Source: Thermodesulfovibrionales bacterium | GTDB lineage: Bacteria; Nitrospirota; Thermodesulfovibrionia; Thermodesulfovibrionales; UBA6898 | Assembly: GCA_044450345.1 (NCBI GenBank) | Contig: JBIOIY010000001.1 | Coordinates: 160,001 to 224,000 of the forward strand | DNA length: 64,000 bases | Direction: 5' to 3' | The notes under the pieces: generated by a model | Databases searched by the model: none | The model's input: the letters and a program-made list of their open reading frames with translations, nothing else | What the model was told of the DNA's origin: nothing | Part shown: positions 58,587-64,000 of the stretch, in pieces | Position numbering within the stretch: the first letter of the stretch is position 1 | How the letters are laid out: the number at the start of each line of letters is the position of its first letter | Position numbers and translations under genes: made by a program

Positions 58587-59723
58587 ATGAAGACGGCATT
58601 CATTTACTCCGACGACTTTGCGAAGTACGACTACGGGCCGAAGCACCCGCTAAAGCCCTTCAGGCTGAAGCTCACTTATGAGCTGATAAAGGCATACGGA
58701 CTCCTCTCTCTTCCGGATGTCCGTGTTGTCGGGGCGAGGCCTGCTAAGGAAGACGATCTGCTCCTTTATCACACAAGGGAATACATCGAGGTCCTGAAGG
58801 CCGCTAACAGCGGCCTCGAGATGCCGGGTGCGGAAACTTACGGCCTCGGCTTCGGAGACAACCCCGTATTCGAAGGGGTCTTCGAATGGTCGGGGCTCGT
58901 GACCGGAGCATCTCTTCAGGCCGCCGAACTCGTCGAAAGCGGAGAGGTCCAGATCGCCTTCAACATCTCGGGCGGCCTCCACCATGCCCTCGCTTCCCGC
59001 GCTTCCGGGTTCTGCTATATCAACGACCCGGTGATCGTTATCTCCTCTCTTCTAAAAAGGGGAAGAAGGGTAGCCTATGTCGACATCGACGCCCATCACG
59101 GCGACGGCGTACAGGATGCGTTCTACGGTACCGATAAGGTGCTGACGATATCGCTCCACGAATCAGGCAACTATCTTTTCCCCGGCACAGGCTTCGAAGG
59201 AGAGATCGGGGAAGGAGAAGGGAGAGGCTATTCCGTGAACGTCCCTATGCCCCCTTCCTCTGACGACGAGCTTTTTATCTACGCCTTCAACGAGGTCGTT
59301 CCGCCGCTGATCGAGAGGTTCAGGCCGGACATCGTCGTAGGCCAGCTAGGCGTAGACTCATTCCTTACGGACCCGCTCGCCCACCTGAACTATACGACGA
59401 ACGGTTTTTGCGAGGTCGTCGGGAAGATGAAAGGGCTTGCGCCAAGGTTGATAGCCCTCGGGGGAGGAGGATACGAGATAACGAACGTGGCCAGGGCATG
59501 GACCCTCGCATGGGCGATCATGAACGACGTCGATCTGCCGGATGAGCTGCCGGCTGCGTTCCTCGAACAATTTCCTCTTGAGGGGTTCAGGAGCCGGAAG
59601 CTAAGGGACGAGAAGTACCAGGAAAAAGGTGCGAGAAAAGAGATGATGAGGGACGAGGTCGGAAGGGTCGTGGCCGGGATCAGGGAAAAAGTGTTTCCGC
59701 TTATCAACCCGCCGACGCAATGA
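58587..59723 (+). CDS. acuC: AcuC / histone-deacetylase-family Zn deacetylase
   Basis: HPLKP.R, GDNP, GGLHHA, SGFCYIND, DIDAHHGDGVQ, FPGTG, DPL, LGGGGY. Confidence 0.9.
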   Translation: MKTAFIYSDDFAKYDYGPKHPLKPFRLKLTYELIKAYGLLSLPDVRVVGARPAKEDDLLLYHTREYIEVLKAANSGLEMPGAETYGLGFGDNPVFEGVFEWSGLVTGASLQAAELVESGEVQIAFNISGGLHHALASRASGFCYINDPVIVISSLLKRGRRVAYVDIDAHHGDGVQDAFYGTDKVLTISLHESGNYLFPGTGFEGEIGEGEGRGYSVNVPMPPSSDDELFIYAFNEVVPPLIERFRPDIVVGQLGVDSFLTDPLAHLNYTTNGFCEVVGKMKGLAPRLIALGGGGYEITNVARAWTLAWAIMNDVDLPDELPAAFLEQFPLEGFRSRKLRDEKYQEKGARKEMMRDEVGRVVAGIREKVFPLINPPTQ

Positions 59724-59765
59724 CGGCATGATCACCGGAGCCGCAGCTGTCGCCTATCGCTTTGA

Positions 59766-61385
59766 TCATTCTTCCCCGGGCTTTTCGCGCACGACTTCGT
59801 GGGCGGCCTTGTCCTCGCGCATTCGTAAAAAAACCGGCTGTCGCGTGATACCGTCTTTAGTCCAGCCGGATAGAGCGACCTCGCAGACCAGCTTCGGCTT
59901 CAGCCAGGTGATCCCTCGGTCACAGCCACGCCCTGAGGCAGGGCCGCGGCGGGACTCCACTTTAAAGGGGCATTCTTTTTGGATCAGGGGCGCCACTTTT
60001 TCCCGGATCTCCTTCAAATCCTTCGTCGTGAACCCGCCTCCCGAATGACCGATATAGACCAGCTCGTCACCCTCGAATACGCCTAAGACAAGGCTGCCGA
60101 AGTATTGTCTGGACCCTCTCGGTTCCGTGAACCCTGCTATCACTCCCTCCTGCGTGAGCCGCGTCTTCACCTTCAGCCACAGCAGGCTCCTTCCGCCCAT
60201 CAGGTACGCGCTTTGAGAATGTTTGGCGATGATCCCCTCGAGTCCCTTTTCCTTGACGGCATTGAAAAACAAGAGGCCCTCTTTCGATACGTGATCGCTG
60301 AATTTTATTTTAGGGTCGGACGGAAGAATTTTTTTGAGGAGGTCCTTTCTCCTTAGCAGGGGCAGGTCCGTCAGATCATGTCCCTGGAAGTGCAGGAGAT
60401 CGAAGACGTAGTAAAGCAGATGACCTTTTCCGGATTTTTGGTAATCCTGGAGCATCTGGAAATCAGGATGCCCCTGATCGTCCACTACAACGATTTCGCC
60501 GTCCAGAACAGCCTCAAATCCTAATTTCTGCAGCGACTTCGTAACAGGAAGAAACTTCTGGTTTAACGAGATCCGGTTTCGGGAATTAAGCGAAACGTCG
60601 CCGTCCCGGATCTCGGCAACGGCCCGGTAGCCATCCCATTTCACCTCAAAGATCCAGTCCGGATGGTCAAACGGTCCCTTGGCAAGGGTCGCGAGCATCG
60701 GTCTTATGCCGTGAGGGACCGGTTTAACAGGAGCGTCCTTCAGGTCTTCCCTTTCCATCGCCTCGCGGAGACGGATTTGGTTTATTCTTTTTTGCCGGGA
60801 AGACTTCACTGGGTTCGCTTCGGAAACCTCTTCCAGGGTCTTATCGGAGACCACGGAACGATTTTCTGTGAGAATGTCCCCTTTGATCGCATATCTGTCT
60901 TTTTTCTTCAAGAGGAGCCACGACTTCTCGCCCATTCCCGTCTTTACCAGCGCGAATTCACCCTGAAGCTTTTCCCCTTCGAGGACAAACTTCATATCCC
61001 CTTCTCTTAAACCGTCTCTAAGAGGCCTCTCGCTTTCTTTTCTGTCTCTTGCGGAAGGGTGATGGTAAAAGCCCCTGTCCCAGATGATAACGCTTCCTGC
61101 ACCGTAATTGCCCTCCGGGATAACGCCCTCAAAATCCTTGTAATCAAACGGATGGTCTTCAACCATCACGGCCAGCCTTTTTACGGAAGGATCCATCGAG
61201 GGCCCCTTCGGTACCGCCCAGCTCTTAAGGACCCCTTCCAGCTCCAGCCTCAGATCATAATGCAGGGCCCTGGCCGCGTGCTTATGTATAACAAAGATAA
61301 GACGGTCCCCCTTAGGGAGCAGCCCCGGTTTCGGTTCGGGCGTCTTTCCGAATTTACGTTTGGATTTATAATCCTTTAATCGCAT
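59766..61385 (-). CDS. ligD: LigD phosphoesterase plus ATP-dependent ligase domains
   Basis: KHAARALHYDLRLE..SWAVPKGP, VEDHP; EVKWDGYR, LDGEIV, FDLL, EGIIAK, WLKVK, RQPVFLRMREDK. Confidence 0.93.
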   Translation of the reverse strand: MRLKDYKSKRKFGKTPEPKPGLLPKGDRLIFVIHKHAARALHYDLRLELEGVLKSWAVPKGPSMDPSVKRLAVMVEDHPFDYKDFEGVIPEGNYGAGSVIIWDRGFYHHPSARDRKESERPLRDGLREGDMKFVLEGEKLQGEFALVKTGMGEKSWLLLKKKDRYAIKGDILTENRSVVSDKTLEEVSEANPVKSSRQKRINQIRLREAMEREDLKDAPVKPVPHGIRPMLATLAKGPFDHPDWIFEVKWDGYRAVAEIRDGDVSLNSRNRISLNQKFLPVTKSLQKLGFEAVLDGEIVVVDDQGHPDFQMLQDYQKSGKGHLLYYVFDLLHFQGHDLTDLPLLRRKDLLKKILPSDPKIKFSDHVSKEGLLFFNAVKEKGLEGIIAKHSQSAYLMGGRSLLWLKVKTRLTQEGVIAGFTEPRGSRQYFGSLVLGVFEGDELVYIGHSGGGFTTKDLKEIREKVAPLIQKECPFKVESRRGPASGRGCDRGITWLKPKLVCEVALSGWTKDGITRQPVFLRMREDKAAHEVVREKPGEE

Positions 61386-61394
61386 GGCCAACTT

Positions 61395-61450
61395 GTAGGG
61401 GCGGCCCTATGTGGCCGCCCGAAGAAGGGCAACCATGGGGTTGCCCCTAC
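61395..61450. repeat. GTAG-type REP doublet inside the NHEJ operon
   Basis: GTAGGGGCGGCC..GGCCGCCC and AGGGCAACC..GGTTGCCCCTAC. Confidence 0.85.
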
Positions 61451-61465
61451 ACGGCAAATTTTCCC

Positions 61466-62371
61466 TCATAGATAAGGAAGCTTCTGTTTTTTCGTGGCCA
61501 CCTCTCGGAAAAGGTCACCTTTTTTTTCGGCCCTGCTCACGGCCTCTGAATGCATGACCTGAAGCTTTTCCGGGTCGCCCTGCCCTGCCAAATCCTCCAA
61601 TTCCTTCCATACAAGAGGAAAAGAAACGACCGGTTTTTCCCGGGCCCGCAGGGAATAGACGCAGATCATTGTTTTTGAAGAGTCGTTTTGGGACCAGTTG
61701 ATAAAGACCCTTGCCTTCCGGTGTTCCTTCGCCATTTTTGCTGTCACCAGATCCGGATAATTTTTTTGCATGATAACTGCCACGGCCTTTGAAAATTTCT
61801 TGGTCTCCTCGAAGGTCGTCCCTTTGGCGTTCAGGGGAACATATACATGGAGCCCCTTTCTCCCCGAGGTTTTTACGCGGCTTGCAAGCCCCAGCTCAGA
61901 GAGCAGGGCACGAAGTATTAATGCCACACGGGCGCAATCCAGGATGTCCGCCCCCTCTCCTGGATCCAGATCGAAGACCATGGAATCGGGCGTCTCGGGG
62001 GAGCCGGCCCTGGCCAGAGGTACATGGAGTTCGACAGATGCAAGGTTCTCCACCCAGATCAGTGTTTCCAGATCGTTGACCAGACAGACTGTCATTCTCT
62101 CTCTGTCATCTCTGCGGAGCTCCGCCGTTTTCACCCACGCCGGATGGTGAGAAGGACAGCGCTTCTCGAAAAAGAAATCCTTATCCACCCCTTCGGGATA
62201 TCGCTTCAATGTCAATGCCCGGTCTTTCAGATGCGGCAGGATGAACTTTGAAATCCTGCGGTAGTATTCCAGGATGTGGGCCTTTGTGAAGCCATAGGAG
62301 GGATAGAGGTCCTTTTCAAGGTTCGATAGCGAGAGTCTTCTCCCTGAGATCTCGACGGCTTTGCGACTCAC
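61466..62371 (-). CDS. stand-alone LigD polymerase (AEP primase-polymerase)
   Basis: LSNLEK.LYP, RYPEGV, FFEK, FDLDP, KTSGRKGLHV, INWSQN, YSLRAR. Confidence 0.92.
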   Translation of the reverse strand: MSRKAVEISGRRLSLSNLEKDLYPSYGFTKAHILEYYRRISKFILPHLKDRALTLKRYPEGVDKDFFFEKRCPSHHPAWVKTAELRRDDRERMTVCLVNDLETLIWVENLASVELHVPLARAGSPETPDSMVFDLDPGEGADILDCARVALILRALLSELGLASRVKTSGRKGLHVYVPLNAKGTTFEETKKFSKAVAVIMQKNYPDLVTAKMAKEHRKARVFINWSQNDSSKTMICVYSLRAREKPVVSFPLVWKELEDLAGQGDPEKLQVMHSEAVSRAEKKGDLFREVATKKQKLPYL

Positions 62372-63147
62372 CGCTTCTTTTTCACTTTGAGCATGCTCTC
62401 CTTGAGCGCTGCCACCAGATCGGCCGGACCTTCTCCCTCCTCTTCCTCGACATGAGGGGCCTCGACAGGGGCTATTTCTTTCGCCTTCTTCTTCAGGAGA
62501 CCCATGATCTTTTTCCGGCGCCGGTCTGCATATTTTTCGGGGTTAAAGTCTGACATCATTTGCTTGATGTTTTGTTTTATACGGCCTTTCTCTTCGGCTT
62601 CGATCTTTTCTTCTTTCGGTGAGATGTCCTCATCGGGAAGTATTTCTTCACTGTAATGAAGTGTGATCAGGGCCAGCGCTCCCTCGGTGCTTCTGACCGC
62701 TACAAGATACTCACGCTCCCCCAGTACGAATTTTGCGAGCCCGGCCTTGTTCGTCCGGCGCATCACCTCGACCAGGAGCCGATAAGCCTTTTCGCCCCCT
62801 TTCAGTGGGACGAGATAATACGGGTGATCGTAATAGACCGGGTCCACTTCCTCCATATCGATGAACCCGATGACCTCGATCGTACGGCTCCGCTCGGGCG
62901 ACACGGACTCCAATTCCTCGTCCGTTATCAGTATGTATCTGTCGGGTCCGATTTCGTATCCCCTGATAATCTCATCTGGAGGGACGATCCTTTCTTCTTC
63001 CGGGCAGAACATCCTTCTTTGGAGGGGCGAGTAATCCTTGGTGTGCAGCATACGAAAAGAGACACGGCCGCTATCGACGGCCTTAACCAACTGTACCGGG
63101 ATCGCCACCAGGCTGAAACTGATCGTCCCACTCCATATTCCCTGCAT
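62368..63147 (-). CDS. ku: Ku protein (second in operon)
   Basis: IWSGTISFSLVAIPVQL, IIRGYE, YYDHPYYL.P, AY.LL, DLVAALKES; alternative start at 63213. Confidence 0.92.
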   Translation of the reverse strand: MQGIWSGTISFSLVAIPVQLVKAVDSGRVSFRMLHTKDYSPLQRRMFCPEEERIVPPDEIIRGYEIGPDRYILITDEELESVSPERSRTIEVIGFIDMEEVDPVYYDHPYYLVPLKGGEKAYRLLVEVMRRTNKAGLAKFVLGEREYLVAVRSTEGALALITLHYSEEILPDEDISPKEEKIEAEEKGRIKQNIKQMMSDFNPEKYADRRRKKIMGLLKKKAKEIAPVEAPHVEEEEGEGPADLVAALKESMLKVKKKR

Positions 63148-63214
63148 GGCCGCTTCACTCCCCCTATTTGAGGACGGCTTCGACGAGGTCCGACCGGGAG
63201 CGCGCGTTTTCATT

Positions 63215-63985
63215 TCAGGCGACTTTCTTCAGGCTCGCTTCAAGGGCCTGAAGCAGATTATCCGGTGGCGTGGGTTGGAGGCGCCTGGGACGCAGGACCG
63301 CAATCTTTTCCCCGCGGGCTTTTTTATCGATCAGAGTTTGCAGCTTTTTCTGATGTTCGTTTTCGAATTTCTGCGGTTGAAACGGAGCGGTCAACTGATT
63401 GATTAAATCGCTCCCGATTTTCAGTTCCTTTTCTGACAGAGGAATGTTCTGCAGTTCAAGAGATTTTACCGAAATCACTTCGTCGGCATACCTCAGGGTA
63501 GTCAGGCGAAGGATCTTCCCGATTGCCTGCAAGGCCCCGAGATAGTACCTCTTTCTCATGGCCCAGGTGCAGATACCCGCCACATCCATTTCCTTCAGGG
63601 CCGCGGCAAGAGCGTTATATCCTTTTGCGTGAATATCCGGCTCCAGATAGTAGACGCGCTCGAGGAAAACGGGATCGATCTGTCCGGTCTTGACGAATTC
63701 GTGGACTTCGACTAACCGGCTGCTCTCGGGAGCCGTTTGTTCGAGCTCCGCCGGATCGACAATGATATATTTCCCGTCCTCCACTTCAAACCCTTTGACC
63801 TGCGCTTCCACAGGCACCGGTTCCTTTTCATACGCACAGACCATCTGTTGGCGCAATTTCATATGGTCGTGCCTGTGAAGGAGGTGAAACTGGATCCGCT
63901 CTTCCCTGATCGCGGTATGCAGCTTCACGGGCAGATTGACATTCCCAAAATTGATATATCCTTTCCAGATCGCTTTTCCCGCCAT
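63215..63985 (-). CDS. ku: Ku protein (first in operon)
   Basis: IWKGYINFGNVNLPVKL, VKGFE, YYLEP, LRYADEV, LLQALEASL. Confidence 0.92.
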   Translation of the reverse strand: MAGKAIWKGYINFGNVNLPVKLHTAIREERIQFHLLHRHDHMKLRQQMVCAYEKEPVPVEAQVKGFEVEDGKYIIVDPAELEQTAPESSRLVEVHEFVKTGQIDPVFLERVYYLEPDIHAKGYNALAAALKEMDVAGICTWAMRKRYYLGALQAIGKILRLTTLRYADEVISVKSLELQNIPLSEKELKIGSDLINQLTAPFQPQKFENEHQKKLQTLIDKKARGEKIAVLRPRRLQPTPPDNLLQALEASLKKVA

Positions 63986-64000
63986 TGCAAGTCCTCGGAG

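Noticed and set aside
310..63878. Numerous antisense or alternate-frame ORFs in the track (e.g. 31345-32046, 38068-38817, 49792-50202, 51432-51917)
   Set aside because: They overlap well-supported genes and lack motifs or RBS; treated as shadow ORFs
1..64000. CRISPR array or integron cassette array
   Set aside because: No regularly spaced repeat-spacer series, no cas or intI genes; repeats are dispersed or paired and do not fit attC orientation

Overview
Bacterial chromosomal window. Gene content (sigma54 regulators, cytochrome P460, TauE/YeeE/SulP, selenoprotein, IPTL-CTERM protein) suggests an anaerobe such as Thermodesulfovibrionia-type Nitrospirota or Desulfobacterota; this is inference only. 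It opens with tRNA-Asn(GTT) followed by an integrase-less, island-like block of about 17.5 kb: DedA, KimA-like permease, TVP38, beta-barrel, CzcB/A-OMF efflux, sigma54 two-component system, pentapeptide protein and PagL. Three copies of one sigma54 promoter plus upstream-site module lie in this block. Next come a GAPDH coupled to a 1396-aa dikinase-like protein lacking the pyruvate domain, an IPTL-CTERM/sulfatase-TPR/CysD-like/AlkP cluster, pyk, an RNase H-GIY-YIG fusion, a cell-wall hydrolase operon and sulfur-oxyanion transporters. The ORF track splits two genes: a selenocysteine MsrA (in-frame TGA in G-U-F-W with a SECIS-like hairpin) and a sigma54 regulator broken by a TAA. The end carries two histone-H1-like small proteins, acuC and a ku-ku-ligD(pol)-ligD(PE-ligase) NHEJ operon. 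Intergenic DNA is rich in REP-like palindromes and gene-end debris, and one palindromic element is translated in frame inside two proteins. No CRISPR array, rRNA, transposase or integrase was seen. All family calls rest on motif recognition, not database searches.
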